Shown here: piece after piece, positions 1-11,812 of the stretch
How the letters are laid out: each line of letters opens with the position of its first letter
Numbering within the stretch: position 1 is the first letter of the stretch
Assembly (NCBI GenBank): GCA_964016885.1
Contig: OZ024741.1
Coordinates: forward strand, 7,254,001 to 7,318,000
Reading direction: 5' to 3'
DNA: 64,000 nt
Source: Eledone cirrhosa
Taxonomy: Eukaryota
Translations under genes and position numbers: made by a program
Notes under the pieces: model-generated
What the model saw: only the letters and a program-made list of their open reading frames with translations
Database searches by the model: none
Told to the model about the DNA's origin: nothing

Positions 1-131
1 TATAATAAATTGAAGTGAAAGCAACTGGTGCGTGTGTTTCTTATTGGCAACATGACCCTCCCAAAGTATAACAATATCGGTTTCAACACACGATTTCAGA
101 TAAAGAATCTTGCTAAACAAATTCAGAAACG

Positions 132-133
<2 letters not shown>

Positions 134-195
<62 letters not shown>
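134..195. repeat. (TA)n microsatellite
   Basis: Uninterrupted TA dinucleotide run seen directly. Confidence 0.95.
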
Positions 196-199
<4 letters not shown>

Positions 200-583
200 G
201 GTTGGTTGATGCAGTCACGTATAATAAGAACTATATATATATATATAAAACATGAGAAGAAAGAAGAATACTGCGTGGTTTGCACATGGGTTACATATGA
301 TAAAAATAGTCCTTCGTCAGTGATTTGCCAACCATCATTGGTATTACATCGCATTAAAAATCATATACCTCAGGTTGGTGCGAGCAATAAGCTAAAAAAA
401 GTTATTGGGACCAGTAATCGCGTAAAGCGAGGGGGACAAGTGAACAACATAGAAGGATAAAAACAAACCAAAGAAAGGAAATAAACAAGCAACATGGTAG
501 TCCTGGTCAGCATAAGCTGGGTGGATTTCATGAGCGATTAGTACAGACGTCCAACGTGAGTGAGATGGAAGCAAGAAAAGGCC

Positions 584-1108
<525 letters not shown>

Positions 1109-1110
1109 AG

Positions 1111-1157
1111 TAAGTGCCGTACTAAGAGTGAGAAATGAAATTTCGTTTCATTCTATT

Positions 1158-1160
<3 letters not shown>
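1111..1160 (+). repeat. 50-bp dispersed repeat abutting (TA)n, copy 1
   Basis: taagtgccgtactaagagtgagaaatgaaatttcgtttcattctattcca recurs at 3859-3908 with 2 mismatches. Confidence 0.85.
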
Positions 1161-1198
<38 letters not shown>

Positions 1199-1227
1199 AA
1201 AGAATAGAGGTGTAACACACAAGTTAT

Positions 1228-1621
1228 TATATATTGGTAAACGGAATAGAAAATGCTGACAAATTGTTCACAGTTGAAAAATGGTTTAATTAGGAATAAA
1301 AGAGTATTAGTGATTGTATGGGTTAGTATTCAGTTGAGGTTTTAAGTTTTTAAGTTTTTACCGGTTGCGCATTTCTAAATGCTTTTCAAAAATAATTTTG
1401 AGATAGAGTGTCCGTGCTGTTTGCTCAGATCAGAGCAAACAGCACGGACACTCTATCTCAAAATTATTTTTGAAAAGCATTTAGAAATGCGCAACCGGTA
1501 AAAACTTAAAAACTTAAAACCTCAACTGAATACTAACCCATACAATCACTAATACTCTTTTATTCCTAATTAAACCATTTTTCAACTGTGAACAATTTGT
1601 CAGCATTTTCTATTCCGTTTA

Positions 1622-1631
<10 letters not shown>
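1228..1631. repeat. Perfect ~400-bp palindrome (199-bp arms 1228-1426 / 1433-1631, 6-nt centre AGATCA), probably an inverted Penelope-like terminal repeat
   Basis: The arms read as exact reverse complements by eye. (TA)n lies on both sides. Each arm carries a hammerhead-like motif. The Penelope assignment is inference. Confidence 0.9.
1466..1504 (+). ncRNA. Variant minimal type I hammerhead-ribozyme-like motif (mirror copy on - strand at ~1355-1393)
   Basis: TTTT-TTGAAAA-GCATT(TAGA)AATGC-GCAA-CCG-GTA-AAAA. Core CUGANGA appears with the U3/A8 covariant pair, followed by stem II, GCAA in place of GAAA, palindromic ACCGGT stem III and a GUA triplet. Confidence 0.4.
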
Positions 1632-1686
<55 letters not shown>

Positions 1687-1704
1687 TATATATATATATA
1701 TATA
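1625..1704. repeat. (TA)n microsatellite
   Basis: Seen directly. Confidence 0.95.
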
Positions 1705-1949
1705 CAGGGTGAGGACGATATTTGTTCGCAATTTTTAACTGCTAATTTTATGCAAATTTTTCTTACTTCCGTTGTTACTCTTGTCTTCATAAAAACAGTG
1801 ACTATATTTCCATTATTTATTTTCAGAATAATTGATTATGAATAATTTTGAACCTCCAAATTTGTGGAAGAGACACGGAGTTCTTGGAATCCACGCCGGG
1901 AGGACAAATGAGACCAGAAGATTTACACATATATGTATATATATCTACA

Positions 1950-1979
1950 CATACACACACACTCACACACGCACTCACA

Positions 1980-2061
<82 letters not shown>
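1950..2061. repeat. (CA)n microsatellite
   Basis: Seen directly. Confidence 0.95.
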
Positions 2062-2070
<9 letters not shown>

Positions 2071-3071
2071 CATTTACCGAGGCGATAGGTTTACCATCGT
2101 TCTGTTCTCATTTCTCACTCAATAAGAAAACGTTTTTACGTTTAACAGGTGCCTACCATTCTAAGAGTGGTAGCACAGTATATTGGTAATGGAGAGGTTG
2201 CACATAGAATAGTCCCGGACCCACGGCTTTCTGCAAGCGTAGACAGCAGATGTGATTCACGTCTGCTAGTTAACAGTGGCAGAATGAGTCCAATTTGTCT
2301 GCCAAATGTCTGCAGTGTTTTGAAGCGGAACTACTTCATACCTTGCAACGACAATATTTCATGTGATTTGGTTAAACAAACCAATCGTATTAGATAGCGT
2401 ATGAATACATTGTTGTCTGCTCTTTATAAAACCTAGTTCAGTAGAGATGACCCTGGCCAGCAAGAGGAGAAGACGTACTACGGAATAGCGCCTACATATT
2501 CCTCGTACAATCCTGTGAAGAGGAACTAAATATTTATCGACTAGAGATATTCAACATTTACTGCATTGTTCTATTACCGTTAGATATTCAACGTTTTCTG
2601 TTTTGTTTTAGAAGTTTCTGCCTAGCTTCAACCTAACGGCCAGTAACTGCTTTAATTTCTTATATCCTCCTGTGTATATCTGTAAATTCGGCCTTCAAAC
2701 AATAAATATGTATTTATTTCGAATTGAGTGTTAAAAACAATTATTTATACATGGAGGTCAGAAGCCTGTCACTACAAGTAAAAGAAGGACCACATTAACC
2801 AAGGTGTATAAATGTTTCAACCTGTAATTATTAAGAGGTATTTGACTATCTTTTCGTTATAGTTTCGTCAACGGATGTTATTAAAAGGCAAGATAATTAA
2901 GATATCCCTGTGACCCTCGTACGTGAAATTACTACAATGTCAGCCAGAGTTGTTGGCAGCAAGTAGTGCCATGACAGAAGAATCACCTTTAGTTCACCTA
3001 GCTGGTCGGAAAATCGAAGTTGGGTATATTTCGAAATATATTGCCGTTAGATGTCAGCCATCCCACAATAG

Positions 3072-3192
3072 AATAATAATTGTTTCTACTTTTGGCACAA
3101 GAGCAATTATCCCAGTGTATTACTGGTACTCTATTTTATCGACCCCGTAAGGATGAAAGGCAAAGTTAACCTCGGCCGGATTTGAACTTAGA
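3072..3192 (-). mobile_element. tRNA-derived SINE fragment (MetaSINE-type central domain plus 3' tail)
   Basis: The minus strand reads a B-box-like AAGTTCAAATCC, then GAGGTTAACTTTGCCTTTCATCCTTACGGGGTCGATAAAATAGAGTACCAG (matches my recollection of the Meta domain), ending in TTGTGCCAAAAGTAGAAACA(ATT)n. Confidence 0.7.
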
Positions 3193-3207
3193 TCATAATG
3201 AAATAAT

Positions 3208-4000
<793 letters not shown>

Positions 4001-4926
4001 CATCATCATCATCATCAACGTTTAACGTCCGTGTTCCACGCTTGCATGGGTTTGGACGAGGGTAGTCCCACTTGAGGCAAGAGTGATTGTCTTGCTCGCA
4101 TAGGACTGTCTGGCAGGTTTTCTACAGTTGGATGCCCTTCCTAACACCAACCACATTTACAGTGTGGGTCTGGGAGGTTTTTACCGTGTTGCCTACACGG
4201 CCACATTACAGCGTGGACTGTGTGTTTTTTTGTCGTGACACCTACACGATCTCATTTGTTTCGGCCTCGATGGCGCGGCACCAACATAACTTTACATAGA
4301 ACGGGGTGGTGTGGATGGGGTGGGGGTGGGGGTGGTGGGACGGGGTGTATTTTGTTAGAGATGCCTACTGGCTGGAGTAGGTTTTACTATATATTTAGGT
4401 AAGGCGGGTCTTCTCTGTTACTGAGTACCGCCAAAGGTCTCGGTCCAGTGACATTGTCTTGGAGAGGTGTAAGTGTGTGATGTCGGAGTTTATCAGCTCG
4501 TCCCAGGTTTTTCTAGGTCTGCCTATTCCGTGACTACCGTCTATCTTTATTGCCCTGCACTTTGTTATACAGCTATCGACTTTCATGCGCATCACGTGTC
4601 CATACCAACGTAGCCTTCTCTCGAGTAAACAACATCTGATCCCTCTTATCTCTAATTTTTTCCTTAGTTCGTTTATGCTTTGCCGTTCACGTATATTACT
4701 GTTACACATCCAACGGAGCATGCAAGCTTCGTTCCTCTCTAGTCTGCGTATATCCTCTGCACACAATGCCCAGGTCTCACTGCCATGCAGCATTGCTGTT
4801 CGTATGCAGGCATCGTACAACCTGCCTTTCATTTTTAGTGAGAACCCTTTAGCAGCTAATAGTGGTATAAGCTCTCTGAACTTTTTCCAACCAGTTCTGA
4901 CTCTAGCTACAGTACTTTCAGAGCAC

Positions 4927-4928
<2 letters not shown>
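4001..4928 (-). mobile_element. 5'-truncated RTE-clade non-LTR retrotransposon (ORF C-terminus, 3' UTR, (GAT)n tail)
   Basis: The minus-strand frame from ~4928 to 4395 reads GCSESTVARVRTGWKKFRELIPLL...LYDACIRTAMLHGSETW...RRLRWYGHVMRM...GRPRKTW, the characteristic RTE C-terminus. The short-repeat tail appears as catcatcat at 4001-4017. Confidence 0.9.
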
Positions 4929-4978
<50 letters not shown>

Positions 4979-4980
<2 letters not shown>

Positions 4981-5370
4981 TTTTTCTCTTTCTTTTTTTC
5001 TTTTTTCTTTATTTCTCCCTTTCTCTCTCCGCTTTTCTATCTCTCCGTCTTTTTCCTTCTCCGTAACATAACGACTTACTAAAGTAAACAAACCACTATC
5101 CTGATGTCTTCCAAAAGTAACGGTCGCATTTTAAAAAGGGTACGTCAATGTTTATTTATAAAACTGGTACATATTGTATTTTGTCTGATGAAGGCATACC
5201 ATAATTTAACTTGGTATCCTTGAAATATGTATAATAAAATAAATATGGTTTTATAAATATAGTTTCCATTTGTTAATATCGTCTATCTACTCCAAATACT
5301 TGTTGAGTGCTTTATATCAGTTATAAAAATATTTGCTTGTTGTATCCCAACAATTTAAATAGAACTTTTG
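4979..5370 (+). mobile_element. Probable Penelope-like element terminal (pLTR) remnant with hammerhead-like core
   Basis: CTGATGA-AGGCATACCA(loop)TGGTATCCT-TGAAA-TATGTA at 5185-5231, in an AT-rich segment bounded by (TA)n on both sides. Confidence 0.45.
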
Positions 5371-5371
5371 C

Positions 5372-6347
<976 letters not shown>

Positions 6348-9004
6348 ACTTTCTTTTTATTTGCCTCCAGGGCATCAAAAGTGGGACAAGTACAATGGGG
6401 GGGGGGGAGTTTACATAACAAGGCGTCCTCAATATGGAGGAGGCAATAACAAAGTATAAAAATAAAATACATTATAACAAAATAAATTTTATAACAAAAT
6501 CCTCCATAGGAAGAAGGCGCCTTGGGGGGTCGCACACACCCCCGAAAAAAAGTGTGCCACCCTTCTCCTCAGGAGCACAGAGAGAGGGTGCTCCCTTGAT
6601 CTTTCCTCTTCCTCACCTATAGTCTGATATAGAGAGAAGGCCCATTCACACGGGCCATTCTCGCCACTTTTACCCATCCTTCATAAAAACGACTGGGGTG
6701 GAGCACCTCCCTCTCCATCCTGATCCTTCTTCCGAAATGATATCAGAAGAAACGGACCAGTTGTTGGCCAGAGAGAAAGGTGTCTGACCTCAGTCCTTTC
6801 AGACGCGTCCACCATACAACCTCTTTCGCCATGGCTATTACGCACAGAAACACCGCCTCTCCTTCGTTTTTGAAGAGGGGGGGGGGCTTGATCGTTACAA
6901 TAGACTCGGTGGTCAACCGGATCGGTCCCACCCTTGACAGCAGTTGTTCGAGCAGTGTACCAATGCGTGTGCAACGGTTTCCTCGTCGCACACGCATCTG
7001 GGACAGATCTTTTTCGAGGGGTCCCTACCCGGGCGCCCGTGTCTGTAGAGCCTTTCTCGAATGGGCAGAGCTCTTCGGTAGCACTGCCAGGCCAGGGACC
7101 TCTGGAAGTTATCCATGGGTCCCGGGTTGAATGTCCTACCGAACAGGTTGGTCAGTTCGTCTTCCTCCATGCCTAGGGCTTCTCCGAGGGCGTCGTCGCA
7201 CCTGCTAACCACCAGCCCTCTATAGAATGACGAGGTGGATTCTCCACTGACAGCCGGGTCCGCCTGCCAGAGAGCCGTGAGCGCCTGGGCACACTCGGTG
7301 TGCCAGGCGCCCAGTTTTCTCGGCCTTTGCTTGACCCAGGATTGCAGCTCGGTGAGTGAGACGAGTCTGGGAAAGGCTCGCCTCACAAACGGGGCCCACA
7401 CCGGTTGACCGGTGAGGAATATCTGGAGGTGCCATAGCCTTAATGCGTGTTTAATTATCACTAGCCACGGCATCCCCGGCCCTCCTTTCGAAGGGTGTTG
7501 ACAAGATGGATCTCCTCACCATAGGAGCCCGCTTCTTCCAAAGGAATTGGAAGAGTGCGCGCTCCATTTTGGCGAGCGTTTCCCTTGGGCAAGGCACAAC
7601 GGTCAGGCGGTAGTAGATGACGGACGCTATATAAGTGTTCGCCACCTCCACCCGACCTTTCAGGGACAGTTTGCACTCGGCCCACTTCTGGGTCAGTGCA
7701 AACACCCTGTTCGTTACCTCACCCCAGTTCTTCTCCACCTGGAGGTCTGGTCCGAACCAGACCCCGAGCAATTCACCGGGCCCTCCGTCCAGCGCCCGAC
7801 GACGCCATCGGAGGCATCGATCTGCCCCTCCACGTGCCGAGTTGCAGACCGATCGACTTGTTCCGGTTCAGCTTAGCCCCTGTAAACCTTTCGTACTCCT
7901 CCAGTAAGGTGCCGATCGCCCCGATTTCCGAGGCCGTCGACACCATTACTGTTACGTCGTCGGCGTAGGCCGACACCGCTTTCCGCAATCCCGGTTCCAA
8001 CGGGATGCCCTGCAACAACTCCAACTTCCGCAGCAAGGGCTCTAGAATCATTACATACAGAAGGGAGGAGAGAGGGCACCCTTGTCGGATGGACCGCGCG
8101 ATTTCGAACGGCTCCGAGAGGTAGCCGTTCACCTTTACCCTAGAGCAGATGCGGCTGCTGTGCATGGCATTGATCCAGCCCCTGAAAACGGGTCCGAAGC
8201 CTGCCGCCGCTAGCACCGCATCCAGGTAACCATGGTCGACCCTATCGAACGCCTTAGATTGATCCAAGTTGATGAGGGCCCCACCAAAGCCGTGTTCGTT
8301 CCCAACCCTCTCTATGATGTATCGCATGAGGTGGAGGTTGTCGTTGATGGACCTGGACGGGATAGCACATGTCTGCGCATCTCCCACCAGGCTGCCCACG
8401 ACAAGCGCCAACCTCTTTGCTAGCACCTTGGCCAAAATCTGTAACTCTGTATTTAGCAGAGTTATGGGCCTGAAATTATTTATATCGTCCCCCTTGTTCT
8501 CGTCCTTCCTCACTAGCGTGACTACGCCCTTGGTCACAGCACAGGGAATTCTCCCGTTCTGTTGCCAGTTGCAGTAGACCACCTCGAGGAGATCGAGGAA
8601 CAAGTCCGGCATAGCTAGATACAGTTCGTATGGAAGACCATCGAGACCCGGGGATATGCGTTTGCCGCATTGGCTTAGAACGTCCTCTATCTCAGCGGCT
8701 GAAATCGGCTCCTCGCAGGACTTCGCCTCCCTGTCCGAGAGACACGGCAGGCCGTCGAGGTATGGACCGAAGTCTACATCCCCAACCGGCCCCCCGCCCC
8801 TTCCGAACAATCCGGCAAAGTGCTTTTGAAAAGCCTCGAACATCTGCTTAAGTTCAAGGATCACCCGTCCATCCTGGTCTCGCAAAGACCGGATAGTGGA
8901 TCTGGTCCCTCTTTTGGCTTCTGTCACGCAGGCCCAGCTAACTGCTTTGGTCCCCTCGTTTCCCAGAGCACGTATTCAGCTTTGGACGATGCAGCCTTCG
9001 TGTT
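6348..9004 (-). mobile_element. 5'-truncated L1/Tx1-clade non-LTR retrotransposon
   Basis: ORF2 remnants followed by a ~350-bp 3' UTR ending AATAAAAAAGAAAGTT. (TA)n lies on both sides. Confidence 0.88.
6681..9004 (-). pseudogene. Frameshifted ORF2: reverse transcriptase plus C-terminal CCHC zinc knuckle; endonuclease missing
   Basis: 7773-8927 contains SPGLDGLP, NFRPITLLN, LDQSKAFDRVDH, IRQGCPLS and AYADD. The protein continues in other frames: LGVWFG...KLSLKGRV (7451-7771), CPRC..EETVAHALVHC (6913-7473) and KEVVWWTR (6743-6997). Several frameshifts and an upstream stop. Confidence 0.88.
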
Positions 9005-9033
9005 ATAGATATAGATATATATTTATATATAGA

Positions 9034-9126
<93 letters not shown>
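9005..9126. repeat. (TA)n/(CT)n microsatellite
   Basis: Seen directly. Confidence 0.95.
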
Positions 9127-9128
<2 letters not shown>

Positions 9129-11395
9129 AACGAGTAGGACCCCGACGGCTGAGCTCAAGCCGTTTCGACGGCTAATTCTGGACTAAATGAAAATTTTTAT
9201 CCTGGTATATGAATAGCCGAGCTTCTCAGGGGGTAATTCCATATATGGTAAAAGTGATTGTCACAAGGATTGGTCAAAAGTTTGTTGTTGAGACATAATT
9301 CTATCATGGCAATTTGTGGAAGGAAGGGGTAGCTGAACCTGCCAGTAGAAGAAAGATGGAGAGGGAGTGGAGGAAACCCAGTCGTGCGTTGATACTGCCA
9401 ACTACAGCAGGATCCTAAGGGCAGGAGGTCAAGAAAGTATACTAGGGAGGGGGAGGGGGAGGAAGTCGAAACAATAAGTAAATCAATATGGAGTAAATAT
9501 ATAGAAGAATACGAAGTATGTTAAAAATATAAAAAACAATTTCTGGTTACTATTCCCTAACCACAATCATCAAGTCTCTCACTGGTACTGCTAAACTATA
9601 GAAAAGTTTACTAGGTGGGACGGAATTGTAGTGAGACCATTTTAAGAGTTAGTAGTAATCAACCGAGTATATCTTACAGTGACAGGTCAACAAGTAGGGG
9701 CCAAAATACTAAAGAAATTACCACGAAATAATAATTCAGAGTCCCTAAACTAATACGAAATAATAATTCAGAATCCCGAAAATGAATACTAATACTATAT
9801 ATAAGGGTGCCGCTACGATACAAAAATTCTAGTACAAACTACATAAATGCTCGTACGATATATATGAAAAATTTGATACGAAAAATTAATTCCGAATCCC
9901 CCCCCCTAAAAAAAAATAAATACTGATATACGAGAAACTAAAGCAGAGATACCACTAAGAAATGTAGAAAGCACGGAAATGGGGCAGCAATCGGATAAGA
10001 AAGCAAGTATCTGGGTCTATCACATCTGCTATAAAAAGCGGAGTCGACCAATTCTATCATAGAATAGGGGATGGGGGTGGGGGTACTGAGGCTACAAAGG
10101 ACCGAAGGGCTGCCTCGGGGTGGGCGAGAAAGTGAAAAGGAGGAGGACAAAGAAGGAGAACTGGGGTGGAAGGACTAGGAAGGGATGGGGGAAGAAGGAA
10201 ATATAACATCCCACTTGCCGATTTTGTAATGGGTAACCATTGCTTGCTAAGGGAGACGTAAGATCTTCTTTTATATCTTTTTATCGCTTCCTCTATATTT
10301 CCTTCTTCCCCTATCCCTCCCTAGTCCTTCCACCCCAGTTCTTTTTCTTTGTCGTCGTCTTTTTCTCGCCCACCCGAGTCAGCCCCTCGGTCCTTTGTAG
10401 CCTCAGTACCCCCACCCCCTTCCCCTATTCTATGATAGATTTGACCGACTCCACTTTTTATAGCAGATGTGTTAGACTCCGGATACTTGCCCTCTTATCC
10501 GACCGCTGCCCCTTTTCCGTGCTTACTATATTTCTTAGTGGCATCTTTGCTTTAATTTCTCGTTTATCAGTATTTATTTATTTTTTTTTTTTGGTGGGGG
10601 ATTCTGAATTAATTTTCCGTATCAAATTTTACTTTTACTTCGTACGAGCTTTTATGTAGCTTGCACTAGAACTTTTGTATCGTGGCGGCACCCTTAGAGA
10701 TAGTATTAGTATTCTTTTTCGGGACTCTGAATTATTATTTCGTATTAGTTTACTTTTTTGCACTGGGTGGTTGCTGGCCTTGTGCCTGGGGTAGAAACTT
10801 TTATTATTTCGTGGTAGTCTCTTTAGTATTTTGGCCCCTCACTTGTTGACCCGTCACCGTAAGATATACTCGGTTTATTACTCATACCTCTTAAAAGGAT
10901 CTCATTTTAATTCCGTCCCACCTAGTATATTTCTTTAGCCTAGCAATAGTGAGAGACTTAGGTCGTAGTAACCAGAAATTGTTTATTTTTTTTACATTTA
11001 ATATTTTTTTAACACTCAGTATTTTTCTATATATTTACCCCTCATTGTTCTACTTACTGTTTCGACTTCCTACCCCTCCCCCTCCCTAGTATCTTCTTTG
11101 ACCTCACGCCCAGCTGTAGCCGGCACTATCAACGCATGAATGGGTCTCCTCCACCCCCTCTCCCTCTTTCTCCTACTGGCAGGTTTAGCTACCCCTTCCC
11201 TCCACTAATTGCCATCATAGAATTATTATGCCTCAACTACAAACTTTTTACCAATCCCTGTGACAATCACTTTGACCATATATGGAATTACCCCTTGAGG
11301 AGCTCGGCTATTCAAATACCAGGATAAAAATTTTCATTTAGTCCAGAATTAGCCGTCGAAACGGCTTGAGCTCAGCCGTCGGGGTCCTACTCGTT

Positions 11396-11397
<2 letters not shown>
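9127..11397. mobile_element. 2.27-kb non-coding fold-back element (arms ~9127-10205 and ~10294-11397, 88-bp spacer) inserted in (TA)n
   Basis: TA|GGAACGAGTAGGACCCC...GGGGTCCTACTCGTTCC|TA. The terminal 82 bp are perfectly complementary. The inner ~1 kb aligns as a diverged inverted repeat. No credible ORF. Confidence 0.85.
10753..10808 (+). mobile_element. SINE 3'-tail fragment present in the right arm only
   Basis: CACTGGG...GGCCTTGTGCCTGGGGTAGAAAC-TTTTATTATT resembles the 3' tail of the SINE at 3072-3192 and replaces 11 nt found in the left arm. Confidence 0.55.
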
Positions 11398-11428
<31 letters not shown>

Positions 11429-11431
<3 letters not shown>

Positions 11432-11518
11432 CGTGTAGGACCCCGACGGCTGAGCTCAAGCCGTTTCGACGGCTAATTCTGGACGCTTGAGCGCAGCCGT
11501 CGGGGCCCTACTCGTTCC
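11429..11518. mobile_element. 90-bp internally deleted miniature of the 9127-11397 element
   Basis: About 56 nt of the left terminus fused to ~34 nt of the right terminus, with 3 substitutions and the first G missing. TA-flanked. Confidence 0.8.
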
Positions 11519-11761
11519 TATTACCCACTCTACTACCCTAAGTATTGAGTACTTTGGTGCGTTATGGTCCACCTGGTTCCTTACCACATTTCCTTCGTTA
11601 TCTATTTATATATATAGATATATGTTTGTCACAAACTGGACTCCACTAAAGTAATCTGCTTTGACTGACATTCTAACAATTCTGTCAATGTTACGTCACT
11701 TCACCCGAAACTCCTTATAAGGTCATTGTTAGGCAGCTATAGGGATTCTAATGTATTAATT

Positions 11762-11812
11762 CCAGTGCATGACTGGTACATATTTTATATAGACTTCACA
11801 CGGATTTGAACA
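11762..11812 (-). mobile_element. Degenerate SINE fragment just left of the satellite
   Basis: ccagtgcatgactggtacatattttat...cggatttgaac resembles 3111-3188 (cccagtgtattactggtactctattttat...cggatttgaac) with an internal deletion. Confidence 0.5.

Noticed and set aside
2245-2270. Hairpin AGCAGATGTG-ATT-CACGTCTGCT followed by CTAG (Helitron-like 3' end)
   Set aside because: The CTAG overlaps the stem instead of lying ~10 nt downstream, and there is no other support.
1703-2921. Tc1/mariner-like ends TACAGGGTG (~1703) and GACCCTCGTA (~2912)
   Set aside because: The two ends are not complementary to each other and no transposase motif is visible. Too short to call.
9938-11327. ORFs at 9938-10150, 10240-10659 and 11136-11327
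   Set aside because: Low-complexity with no recognisable domain. Their mutual similarity just reflects the inverted repeat.
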